Below, piece after piece: positions 24,601-32,900 of a stretch of 42,203 nucleotides of DNA (positions are counted from its first letter, which is position 1; each line of letters begins with the position of its first letter). A program made the position numbers and the translations under genes. The stretch spans positions 1-42,203 of the forward strand of contig CAKSPL010000001.1 of assembly GCA_934481325.1 (NCBI GenBank), given 5' to 3'. This DNA is from an uncultured Eubacteriales bacterium. Its GTDB lineage: Bacteria; Bacillota; Clostridia; Oscillospirales; CAG-272. The notes under the pieces were generated by a model, which did not search any database, was not told the DNA's origin, and saw only the letters and a list, made by a program, of their open reading frames with translations.

Positions 24601-27013
24601 CGGTATGAGTGACGGAGCCTGCAATCGTCAGATTGCGGATTACCGCGCCTGCGGCAAAGGCTGCAAATGCGGGTTTGCCGTTTACGGTGATGGTGTGGTT
24701 GTCCCCGTCAAAGGTGCCGAGGAAATATCCGGAGCGGCTTTCGCTCAGCGTGATATTTGCCGTCAGCTTGTAGTTGCCCACAAGGCTCATTGCCAGGAAT
24801 TCTTCCGCGGTGGAAATATTCGTTACCGTGTCACGAGGGGTGTTGACCAGAACGGTGCCCGACATTACGGTAAACGGATCCGCATCCGCGGCAAAGCGAT
24901 AATCGGTAGCAATCTCCACAGGCGTGCCTGTGCCGGTTTTTGCCTTGTTGTTAATCATCGGGCCCGTAAAGGTCGCTACCACATAGTTGCGTTTGTAATA
25001 GCCCGCACCCATCACGGCATCGTTGTTCCAGCCCAGTGCGTTCAGCACCGAGGAGCCGTTCGCATTTTTGCCGGTGGGGAACACCGTGGAGGTAAGCGTA
25101 CCTGCCAGCACGTTGTCGGTAAACAAGCCATAGGTGCTGTTGGTATAGCCGAATACATAGCCTGCGTTGCCGGCGGCGGTCACGTCGCCGGTGTTGATGC
25201 AGTAGGTTGCCATCAGATAAGCCTGCGAGCCGGAGCCAAACTGATAACCCACAATTCCGCCTGCGTACAGCTGTGTATGGATATTGGAAGCGGAAGCGGC
25301 ATTCGCCAGTTTGGATTCGCCGGACGTCACCTTGCCGGTGTTGATACAGCCGGTTACCCGCGTGACACCCTTGTAAGCGCCATTTCCGGAGAGGGCAATG
25401 ATACCGCCTGCGATACCGCCCTCCTGCTTGGTCACTTTGCCGTCGGTCAGGGTGTACGACGCCTTGGCGGTTACGTTACCGTCATTGCGGCAGTCGGTTA
25501 CGGTCAGGGGGCAGACGACGGTGCCTGCGATACCGCCCGCAGCGATACCGACTGTATCCGGCGAATCCGTACGGGGACCCACGTTGCCCTTATTGGTGCA
25601 ACGGATAATCGTTACGGGAGTTTGCGAATATGTCACAATCCCGGCAACGTTACCGGTATAGGAGGTTACGGCACCCTCATTGAGGCAATCCGAAATGACA
25701 ACGGAAACATCCAGTGCCAAATTTCCAATTGTGTCCGCACGGGCAACAATGCCGCCGGCGTAGTTGTATCGCGAGGTTACCGCGCCATAGTTTTCACAGC
25801 CCTGAACGGTGATTTCCGTGTTGTTGATGCACCCGGCGATACCGCCGTTCTGTCCGGTACCCTCCACATCCGCGTAGTTCTTACAGCCGGTAATGAGCGT
25901 TTTGTTCGTGGAATTGCCGACCATACCGCCCGCGCGTTTTTGATTGTATTCATTTACGGTATTGGTGTTTATCGCCTTGCCGGCATAGACCTTACCGGTG
26001 AGCTCGTTGGTGCAGTTTTCAATGGTAAGCTGCACGATGGAGTTGCCGATCATACCACCCGCATTATTATTATTCGCCGTAATGACCCCGGTATTGGTGC
26101 AACCCACCAAACGGACGGCAACGGTACCGGAGGTGTTGTTGGTATAGGCGATGATACCGCCCGCGTGATCTGCGGAGGTTACCGCGCCCTCGTTGCGGCA
26201 GTTATAGAACAGAGCCACGCCGTTGGGGCATTCCACACCGGCGGCAATGCCTGCGGCACTGCTTGCTTCCGTGGAAACCTCGCCCTTGTTGACGCAGTTG
26301 ATGAAAACGGCTTCACTGTCCTTATCGGCGGATACCAGCGAGGTAATGCCGCCGGAGGTATCGTTGCCGAAAATCTTACCTTCATTGGTGCAACGCTCAA
26401 AAATTGTGTAGCCGGCGGTGCGCCCTGCGATACCTGCGGCGCGCTTTGTAAAGCCGGCGGTACCGTCATAGTCCACCACGTTCGCCTTATTGAGAATGTT
26501 GAAGAAGTTGCAGTCAGACGAATTGCCGCACGCCACCGCACCGGTGTTGCCGGCAGAAACGGTTGCTATCCCTTCCTTCGTACTCTCAACCGTCAGGTTT
26601 TTGATGGTTGCGCCCTGCGGTGCTTCAAACAGCGGCACCGTAGTGGTTACGGTATAGCCGTTGCCGTCAAATACGCCGGCAAAGCCTGCATAGGTCGCGC
26701 TGATGGTGATGTTTGCCGTAAGATAATACTTACCATTGGGATCCATCTTGGCAAAATCCTCACCACTGCTGATTGCGGTGCCGACAGGAGTATACCCCGC
26801 ACCGGGGTTGCCTACCGGAACCGAATCATCAAGTGCCGGATTTCCGGTATTGATCTTGATTTCGCCCGCGCCGTTCGGCTGTTCTGCCGTTCCCTCGGAT
26901 GTCGTAACACCCTCTACCGATACTGCAATAGCACCGGCAGGAATGCCGGATACCACCATCAGAACCGTGAGAACGAGACACAGCCATACAGCAAGTCTGT
27001 TTTTCTTGTTCAT
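21659..27013 (-). CDS. Giant secreted GLUG-repeat / parallel beta-helix surface protein (putative adhesin)
   Basis: Start at ATG 27013 (MNKKNRLAVWLCLVLTVLMVVSGIPAGAIA, a signal peptide) after AAGGAGGAAAAT, giving 1784 aa. About 20 repeats of C-x-N-x-G...(A)GG(I/M/L)(V/A/I)G, e.g. YAGGIVGY and DVGGLVGY. Later a GTLNMFGG / GTLNIMGG / VNISGGT beta-helix region. Confidence 0.8.
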   Translation of the reverse strand: MNKKNRLAVWLCLVLTVLMVVSGIPAGAIAVSVEGVTTSEGTAEQPNGAGEIKINTGNPALDDSVPVGNPGAGYTPVGTAISSGEDFAKMDPNGKYYLTANITISATYAGFAGVFDGNGYTVTTTVPLFEAPQGATIKNLTVESTKEGIATVSAGNTGAVACGNSSDCNFFNILNKANVVDYDGTAGFTKRAAGIAGRTAGYTIFERCTNEGKIFGNDTSGGITSLVSADKDSEAVFINCVNKGEVSTEASSAAGIAAGVECPNGVALFYNCRNEGAVTSADHAGGIIAYTNNTSGTVAVRLVGCTNTGVITANNNNAGGMIGNSIVQLTIENCTNELTGKVYAGKAINTNTVNEYNQKRAGGMVGNSTNKTLITGCKNYADVEGTGQNGGIAGCINNTEITVQGCENYGAVTSRYNYAGGIVARADTIGNLALDVSVVISDCLNEGAVTSYTGNVAGIVTYSQTPVTIIRCTNKGNVGPRTDSPDTVGIAAGGIAGTVVCPLTVTDCRNDGNVTAKASYTLTDGKVTKQEGGIAGGIIALSGNGAYKGVTRVTGCINTGKVTSGESKLANAASASNIHTQLYAGGIVGYQFGSGSQAYLMATYCINTGDVTAAGNAGYVFGYTNSTYGLFTDNVLAGTLTSTVFPTGKNANGSSVLNALGWNNDAVMGAGYYKRNYVVATFTGPMINNKAKTGTGTPVEIATDYRFAADADPFTVMSGTVLVNTPRDTVTNISTAEEFLAMSLVGNYKLTANITLSESRSGYFLGTFDGDNHTITVNGKPAFAAFAAGAVIRNLTIAGSVTHTDSVGALARFGGATFINIHNTASVTTSKNYAGGIIGTTNGALARFENCTNTGAIEAATGSTAAGGLCGYSDGNYTTYINCSNSGAVSSVHQAGGIVGSSQTSASANPMYRDCVNTGKITSTGTADLASAGGIQGYNGTAAVYAQGCYNGGEIVSVRYAGGIVGDSAKGVALTACINTGSVTSTTLVAAGMANHHQDSGCKVFSFRNCINTGSVTGKTRAGGMAGELHATSGSSIVYSYCVNTGAISCGTADVGGLVGYQWASDKVGIDIQNCIIAGTVTSTGARAGALCGYANTNVATIKNNVIVATVTAKTATHLYYGTGTSPLTAKANISGNLVKSGSAMYDAQTGNGGTTVALGGNSTGTVAITDFAMDNTVTANVLLAAGINPVTNGELGYAYAKLLGVEPNEANKVAVYNAANELVATVDSLSEVSMYLTEGATVKLLANYYAATPETIVSNGVSYTFDGNGYNFYAANTGKYMLNLSGSGTANVNNLTVYAQGAGVRTGLNRRSSVLNLTFTNVKLYVGSANENGRIRSNTYAIGLYCETPSLVEIKGSESVIKNATGNLILCKNGVLNVEDGSYNSRGEAVMTQGDNAVINIYGGTFEGIDQADALIRADRGTLNMFGGRFTNNGMCVARALGGKTKNESGSDNTITTETNGTLNIMGGVLIATPGNTQVWGAVVRCGGSGTYGTVNISGGTLVNQKTGSQQVVFKNNTCASLNITGGKFLASAAQLYFVNTNGCADITTASGYHPTDSHGDVAVGTYAGTCNFEGATYKVWTFSGATDSKYAMTTKPGAQVRMTAGSTGLRFISTITADKIAAAKELAGATGSISYGTVIAPMDYVVCADAFTMEALDAASALKDVTVRYKDIKADAGLIEDENGNVEIRAALTNIQKANLTRAFAAISYVKVVDAEGAVTYYYSEFDGVNNVRSIRQVAEAALADTKTAQSDEYRYATTDAGGNTVYSRYSESAREILKGFI

Positions 27014-27094
27014 ATTTTCCTCCTTGAAATAAAATAACAGGGTTGAAATGAAAAGGTGCGCGAAAAATTTCCAAAGCACCGGTTTTCCGTTTTT

Positions 27095-27345
27095 GATTGC
27101 GCCCGCGCGATACTCCACGCGGAATACGCCGCGATGCGCTGTGCCGTGTGCGCTGTGATGCGTTTGCGTTGCGCCGCGATGCGCCGTGCATTAGTGCCGC
27201 CCGCGCGTTCTGCCGCGATGGGCTTGCATTGCGCCGCGCCGTGTGCGCCGCGCCGAAAAGTTTTCTGCGCCATTGCCTGCGCGTGATGCGCCCACGCGCG
27301 ATTCGCCGCGCATTGTACGCCACGACGTGCCGTGCGATGCGCCGT
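27095..27345. repeat. Non-coding CG-rich degenerate repeat tract upstream of the GLUG gene
   Basis: CCGCGATG recurs at 27129, 27174 and 27213, defining ~40-45-bp units (tRcgccgcgatgcgcYgtgc...). Many GCATTGC / TGCGCCGCG words. Confidence 0.55.
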
Positions 27346-27629
27346 TCCGGGAAGCCTTTCTGCAAAGCCGGGTCGCTTCCACAGCCCCCCGTTGCAGGGC
27401 AACGGGGAACCGTGTAGACTCTTTTCATTTACAGAAAAGTTTTTTGAGGGAGTGCCTTGCGACACCTATGTACGCGCCCTCGCGCATTTATCCAAACACC
27501 GCAAGAGGTGAACGGAAACCGCCAAAACCGGATCCCCCGGAATTGCAAAGCACCCGAACGCACGAATGCCGCGCGGATACCGCGCGGAAATCAGGGCAGA
27601 TAGGAGAAATCGTGCGTAGCACGCTCTTT

Positions 27630-27664
27630 CCGCGCCCTCCCAAACGGGAGGGCGCGGTTTTTTT
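27630..27664 (+). terminator. Orphan plus-strand intrinsic terminator
   Basis: CCGCGCCCTCCC-aaac-GGGAGGGCGCGG followed by TTTTTTT (27658-27664). No convincing plus-strand gene lies upstream. Confidence 0.7.
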
Positions 27665-27711
27665 GCGTAGAAAAAAAACCGTTTTCGGACACTCATCCAT
27701 CGTTACACTTC

Positions 27712-27740
27712 ATTGTACTGTATTATTTCAAAAATATCAA
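27712..27740 (-). promoter_or_regulatory. SigA-like promoter pointing toward the GLUG gene, ~700 nt upstream of its ATG
   Basis: Minus strand reads TTGATA (27740-27735), 17 nt, TACAAT (27717-27712). Confidence 0.45.
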
Positions 27741-27856
27741 GAGGTTTTCAAAATTTTCGATATGTTGCACAAATTGTGAACGGTTTTTTGCGCAATTTTA
27801 CCATATACGTCCTGCCTTATCGGCGCGCCCTCACCGGCGGATTACCTCGCCCGGAG

Positions 27857-27896
27857 AAAACACAAAAGCCCGGCAGGCGCCGGGCTTTTGTGTTTT
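27857..27896 (-). terminator. Terminator ending the ABC-transporter operon
   Basis: AAAACACAAAAGCCCGGC-aggc-GCCGGGCTTTTGTGTTTT. It begins 9 nt after the stop at 27905 and looks bidirectional. Confidence 0.8.
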
Positions 27897-27904
27897 GAGC
27901 ATCG

Positions 27905-28930
27905 TTATCCAACGATACCCGAGCGTTCAATACCCTGAACCAGATATCTCTGGCAGAACAGGTAAAGAATAATCAGAGGAGCGGCGATCATCAGACCGCA
28001 GGTGTACTTCATTGCCTGGAGATACGACGCACTGGAACCCGTTACCTTGGTATAAATCGCCTGCAAGGATGTAGGCGGCAGGGACTTGGTCAGTGAAGTC
28101 ATAAACTCCGGTTCCTTGGACAGGAAGAAGAGCGGGATGTAAAAATCGTCCGTCCACTGCCAGCAGAAGGCAAACAGGAACACCGTGATCATCATCGGGA
28201 TCGACAGCGGGATAATCACCTGCACAAAGGTGCGGAAGGTACCTGCACCGTCCAGATATGCGGATTCTTCCAGCTCATCCGGCACGCCGCGGAAGAACTG
28301 CCGCAACATAAAGATGTACAAGCCGTTCTTGAAGGCAAGACCCGTAATCGAAAGCAGAATCAGCGGCCAGATGGTGTCAAGCAGACTGATACTGAGCGTT
28401 TCGTTCAACCCGAAGTACCGGAAACGGTAGAACATTGCGGACTGCAAGGTACCGTGCGGAATAGCCAGCGTCAGAATCACGGCAAAGAACACCGCCTTTA
28501 CACCGCGGAATTTGAATTTGGCAAGCCCGTAACCGATCAGACAGCAGGAGAAGGTTTGCAGCAGTGCGCAGGAAAGCGAGAATGCAATCGTTTTGAAAAA
28601 CACTCTGAAATAGTGCAAATCCACGATAATCGCTTTGTAAATCCCCATCGAAAAGTGCTTCGGCACCTTCACCACCGTGGAGTCAATAAAGTCCGCCGGT
28701 GCCATAATGGAGCGCATAATCATCGTGTAGAACGGCTCCAGCACCACAAACGCAATGCCGATCAGCAGCAGGAAACGGAACAGGAACCAAATCGCGCGCT
28801 TGATGAAATAGCTGTTGAGATATTTCGCCTTCAGCCGCTCTTTCAGATCCGTGCGTTCAAAATCCACCCGGATTTTGTTTTTGGTTTCCTTTTTCACGAG
28901 GGGCTTTTGATTGTCCATATTCTGTGTCAT
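27905..28930 (-). CDS. Carbohydrate ABC transporter permease (MalG/LplC-type), pair 2
   Basis: 341 aa, multi-TM. EAA loop PDELEESAYLDGAGTFRTFVQVIIPLSIP. Confidence 0.85.
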   Translation of the reverse strand: MTQNMDNQKPLVKKETKNKIRVDFERTDLKERLKAKYLNSYFIKRAIWFLFRFLLLIGIAFVVLEPFYTMIMRSIMAPADFIDSTVVKVPKHFSMGIYKAIIVDLHYFRVFFKTIAFSLSCALLQTFSCCLIGYGLAKFKFRGVKAVFFAVILTLAIPHGTLQSAMFYRFRYFGLNETLSISLLDTIWPLILLSITGLAFKNGLYIFMLRQFFRGVPDELEESAYLDGAGTFRTFVQVIIPLSIPMMITVFLFAFCWQWTDDFYIPLFFLSKEPEFMTSLTKSLPPTSLQAIYTKVTGSSASYLQAMKYTCGLMIAAPLIILYLFCQRYLVQGIERSGIVG

Positions 28931-28945
28931 TCTTCAATCCCCCTC

Positions 28946-29938
28946 TCAGTCTCTTCTCTGGTAGAAGACGAACGTGGAGAAGATCAGAGCCACAAGTCCC
29001 ACTACCAAAAGCACTACCAGGAAATACATCCAACCCATTGCGGCACTGACGTGCTTGGCACCGTCAATTGCGCCGCCGTAGGTTTCGTTGATGACGTTCA
29101 TTACCGAGTTGGAGTCCGTGGTAAAGTTATCGATAATCGTATACACGCCGTTTACCAGAATCATCGGGCTGACCATCGGGAAGGTAATCTTCCAGAAGGT
29201 TTCCCACGAGGTTGCGCCGTCAATCTGGCAGGATTCGTAAATGGCGGGGGAAATGGATTGCAGGGAAGCCAGGAAAATCAGAATCTGCACACCCGAACGG
29301 TTGACGATATCCGAAATTCCCGCCACGGCGGAGGCAATGTATTTCACCAGTCCCTCCCCGAAGCCAAGGCTTTCAAACACGCTTTCCAACAGCCCTTCAA
29401 TCGCAAGCGAGGAGGCAATCTTATCGGTTGCGCTCGCCTGGGAGCCAACGTCCATACTGGTACCGGATGCCGCATAGGATGCGTGCATAATCGACTCCAT
29501 CAAGCCCGTGGAAATAACCACAGGCAGGAAGAAGATGGCACGGAACGCGGCGCGCCCCACCATTTTCTGATTCAGAATCACTGCGATAAACAGGGAGAAA
29601 ATCAGAATGGCGGGAATGTCAAACGCCATTTCCTTCAAGCCCGTCAGCAGGGTCTGCATAAAGTCCGCTTTTTCAAACAGCGCACTGCGGTAATGCTCCC
29701 AGCCCGCAAACACCTTAGTCATTCCGCCACCGCCGCTTATCGGGGTGTAGGTGAAGAAGCTGTATTTGATGGACTGGTAAATAATCGGGATGTAAATCAG
29801 CACAAACCCGACCACGAAGGGGAGTACGAACAGCCAGCCGGCGCGCGCCTTGCGGCGGTCAAGGGAGGCGATTTTCTTTTTCTTTTGAGGGGCTTTTACC
29901 GGTGTTGCCGGCTTGCCCGCTTTTACCTGTTGATTCAT
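28946..29938 (-). CDS. Sugar ABC transporter permease (MalF/LplB-type), pair 2
   Basis: 330 aa, multi-TM. EAA loop ISPAIYESCQIDGATSWETFWKITFPMVSP. Lys-rich N-terminus. Confidence 0.85.
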   Translation of the reverse strand: MNQQVKAGKPATPVKAPQKKKKIASLDRRKARAGWLFVLPFVVGFVLIYIPIIYQSIKYSFFTYTPISGGGGMTKVFAGWEHYRSALFEKADFMQTLLTGLKEMAFDIPAILIFSLFIAVILNQKMVGRAAFRAIFFLPVVISTGLMESIMHASYAASGTSMDVGSQASATDKIASSLAIEGLLESVFESLGFGEGLVKYIASAVAGISDIVNRSGVQILIFLASLQSISPAIYESCQIDGATSWETFWKITFPMVSPMILVNGVYTIIDNFTTDSNSVMNVINETYGGAIDGAKHVSAAMGWMYFLVVLLVVGLVALIFSTFVFYQRRD

Positions 29939-29956
29939 TTCGGCTCCTCCCTTCCT

Positions 29957-32900
29957 TTAATGGTAAATCACCACATAGCCGTAGGCGGCAATCGTGTAAA
30001 CCACACCGTCCACGGTGGTCTGCACCGCGTAGTCGTTGAAGTTCAGGATCAGCGATTTGTACGGCGCGTTCTTCTCGCCGTAGGTCACTTTCACCAGTGC
30101 GTTGTCAATGGAATACTTGGATTTCGGAGGATCGGGGATGACCACGTCCTCGTCGTCCTCGCCGGGCTGGCCGTCACCGGGCTCCGGCTCCGGCTCAGGA
30201 TCCTGAGGTCTGGTCAGCGCGCTCAGACGCTCTGCGTAAACAGCCGCGTAATCGATGAGCGAATGCTCACCGTCCGCCTCGTTATACAGCCCGTCACGAA
30301 TCATCATATCGATGAAAGCGCGTTCCAGATTCCCTGCGCTGATGGCGGCATATTTTGCCTCCACCGCTTCGTCATTGCCGAAGAGGAATGCTTCCAAATC
30401 CTCGGCGGCAACCGGCTCGGAGGTGCTTTCCAGCACCAATTGTGCGAGCAGTGCCGTCACCGTGGTATCGGTACCGTTGACATAGGCTTCCTTGGTTTCT
30501 TCGGTAAAGCTGCCGGTCGTTCCGTAATAGCTGCCGTAAAGTGTGGCAAAGCCGTCCAGTGCAAGCAGGAGGTTGGCGCGTGCCTCACTCACAACCTGTT
30601 CATCGGCGTTGCACGCCACAAGCGTGTCGTAGCCCACCTTTGCCGCCGTCAGGCTTTCGCCCGCATTGCGCAGCATCACGGCAATCTGCACCATCGGAGC
30701 CGCCACGGAGGAGCTGATCTGTTTTCTCAGATCGTCCACGGCAACCTCCAGATTCTTCGTCGGGTCGTCATCCGCCTTGGCAGCCTCCTCGCGGTAGCTT
30801 TCCCAGGCGCGGAGCAACCATTTGGTGGTAGAGCTTTCCTTGGCGGCACGCGTATTCTGAAGGTTGGTAATCTGTGCCTTCAAGCGGTCGTTCAGGGAAA
30901 CCATCGTGGTGGCACCCGCCGCAGCCGCATCGGAGGAGGTACGGATCAGCTTGATTGCCGCCAGGCGTTCCGCCTCAATTTTTTCCTCCAGCTCCTTCTG
31001 CTTTTCCGCCATCTTATCCGCAATATCGGAGAGCAATTCCTTCTGCTCCGGCACACGGCTTCCTTCCAGGAATTGATGGTCAATAATCAGCTTGGTCTGC
31101 ACGTCGCCGAGAACGGCGTTCAGCTCCTTGTAAATCTCCACCAGTTTGCTCTGCCAGATGTCATAACGCACCGAGTAGTTCTGAGACAGCAGCTCATCCT
31201 CTTTGAGGATTTCGGTGTTGGCATAGGAGAGGATAAAGTAGATGGAAGCACCGTTTTCCATTGCTTTGAGCATTGCGTAGCTCAGGTTGCCCTCCATATT
31301 GAGTGCGTCACCCGCAAACTGCACGTAGCCGTGCAACACAACCCCAAGGAAGGGAACCGAAAGGTATTCCGCATTGTACCGGCTGGAATCCAGCGGCACC
31401 TTCAGAATATGGTCGGCATAGCTCCAGGTAAAGGCGTTGCCGCCGTCCAGCATTACGTCGTAATCCTTGTTTTTGAAGAACGACAATGCCTGCACCACAT
31501 ATTCCTTGGTTTCCTCCCGCAGGGTCGTTTTGGACTCGTCATAGTCCGCATTCAGCTCACTGCCGAGGGTGGAAAGCGAAATACTGCCAACCTCGTATTT
31601 GCCGTATTTCTTAGCAAGCTTTTCATAGAATTTGCTGTAAGTAGAGGGTGCCAGCACCATCTGATAATAGCTGACCAACCCCTGCTGGGTTGCGGAATAC
31701 AAACGCTTGGTGGTGTATCGGTTGTCAATGGTGCGTGCACCGTTCTTTTTCATCTTAACCGCACTGCCGCCGTCACCCTGTGTGGTATACACAAAGTCAA
31801 AATCGGGGAAGATGCCGAAGCCCTTTTCCTCGGCGTATTTCACGAGATCCTTGAACCCGGATTTTCCGCCTACGGAGCTTTCCCATTTCAGCTTGTACGG
31901 CACATCCGAATAAATGCCGCCGTTGGCATAGCCCTTCATCTTGAAGTTGACGTTTTTGATGCCCTCACCCGCCAGGTAATCGTACATCGTGGCAATATCC
32001 TCAAACGAGGTCAGTGCCACAGAAACCGTTACCGGCATTGAGAGAACCTTTTTCACGGTATCCACACAGCCGAAGGTCTCGATGTAAAGCGGGAGCGAGG
32101 TTCCGGTTCTGGCTTCCGCCAGCCGACGGTAAGACTCGTTGCTCGCCTCCATATAATCGCGGTAAGCGCACGCCATCCCCATCCAGCTGCACTCGTAGTA
32201 CTCGGAAAGCGACGCTTCCTGTGCCTTGGTATCATCGGACAGAATCATATAGCGGAGCTTATAGTCGCCCACGTAGCGGCGGCTGGCATAAACCTTCCAT
32301 TTGGATTTGGAGGTATCGCTCTGTCTCGTGGTAAACGAGGCGGAAACAGCCGCGTAGTCCATATAGGAGGTGTGGTTCGGTGCGATGGTGGCAAGGGATT
32401 CACCCTCCTCAATAATCGCCACGAAGCCGCGCTTGGAGGTTTTGCCCTCGGTTTCGCTGTACACGGCGTCACTGATCTTGTTGCCGTTCTCATCGTACTG
32501 GCTGGGTGTGATCAGGTCGGGCGTGAACACGGTTTCCACCTGACCGAACACCGGCGCGCGCATTGCGGCGTTGCGGTATCCGGAAATGTCGGAAAACAGG
32601 GAATAATCCTCACCGTACACACGGAATGCCGTCACGCTCAGAGAGGACAGATTATACAGCGTTCCCGAGCCGTCCGGAACGAAGGAATACCCCTCGTTGG
32701 TTTTCAGAGAAGCACCCATAAAAGGGAGAATCTGAAAATCGGTAATCCGGTACGCGGTTTCGTCGTAACGAAGCCCGTTTGCGGGGAGAGACACCTGCAA
32801 GCCGTTGCCGGAAATGGTGTATTCCAGTGCCATTTTGAATACGGGCGGAGAGGTTGCCTCCTCCTCGTACTCCACAAAGGAGTGGTCATTGTCCATTTCC

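Noticed and set aside
21629-27037. Two very long plus-strand ORFs (890 aa and 910 aa) covering the same DNA as the GLUG gene.
   Set aside because: They are antisense shadows. They have no signal peptide, no RBS and a monotonous G/A/V/R composition. The minus frame has a signal peptide, a strong RBS and a regular protein-repeat architecture. Open antisense frames are expected in high-GC DNA.
27243-27779. A 178-aa plus-strand ORF, plus 70-76-aa minus-strand ORFs, in the region upstream of the giant gene.
   Set aside because: They run through the CG-rich repeats and the terminator hairpin. They have no RBS, and the 70-aa ORF would be nearly leaderless. The region is treated as non-coding or RNA.
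28454-32041. A 1195-aa plus-strand ORF spanning three minus-strand genes. Similar long plus-strand ORFs occur at 32372-33658, 33857-35896 and 37757-40234.
   Set aside because: It crosses gene boundaries of well-supported permease genes (EAA motifs) on the other strand. It is His/Arg/Gly-rich nonsense with no start context.
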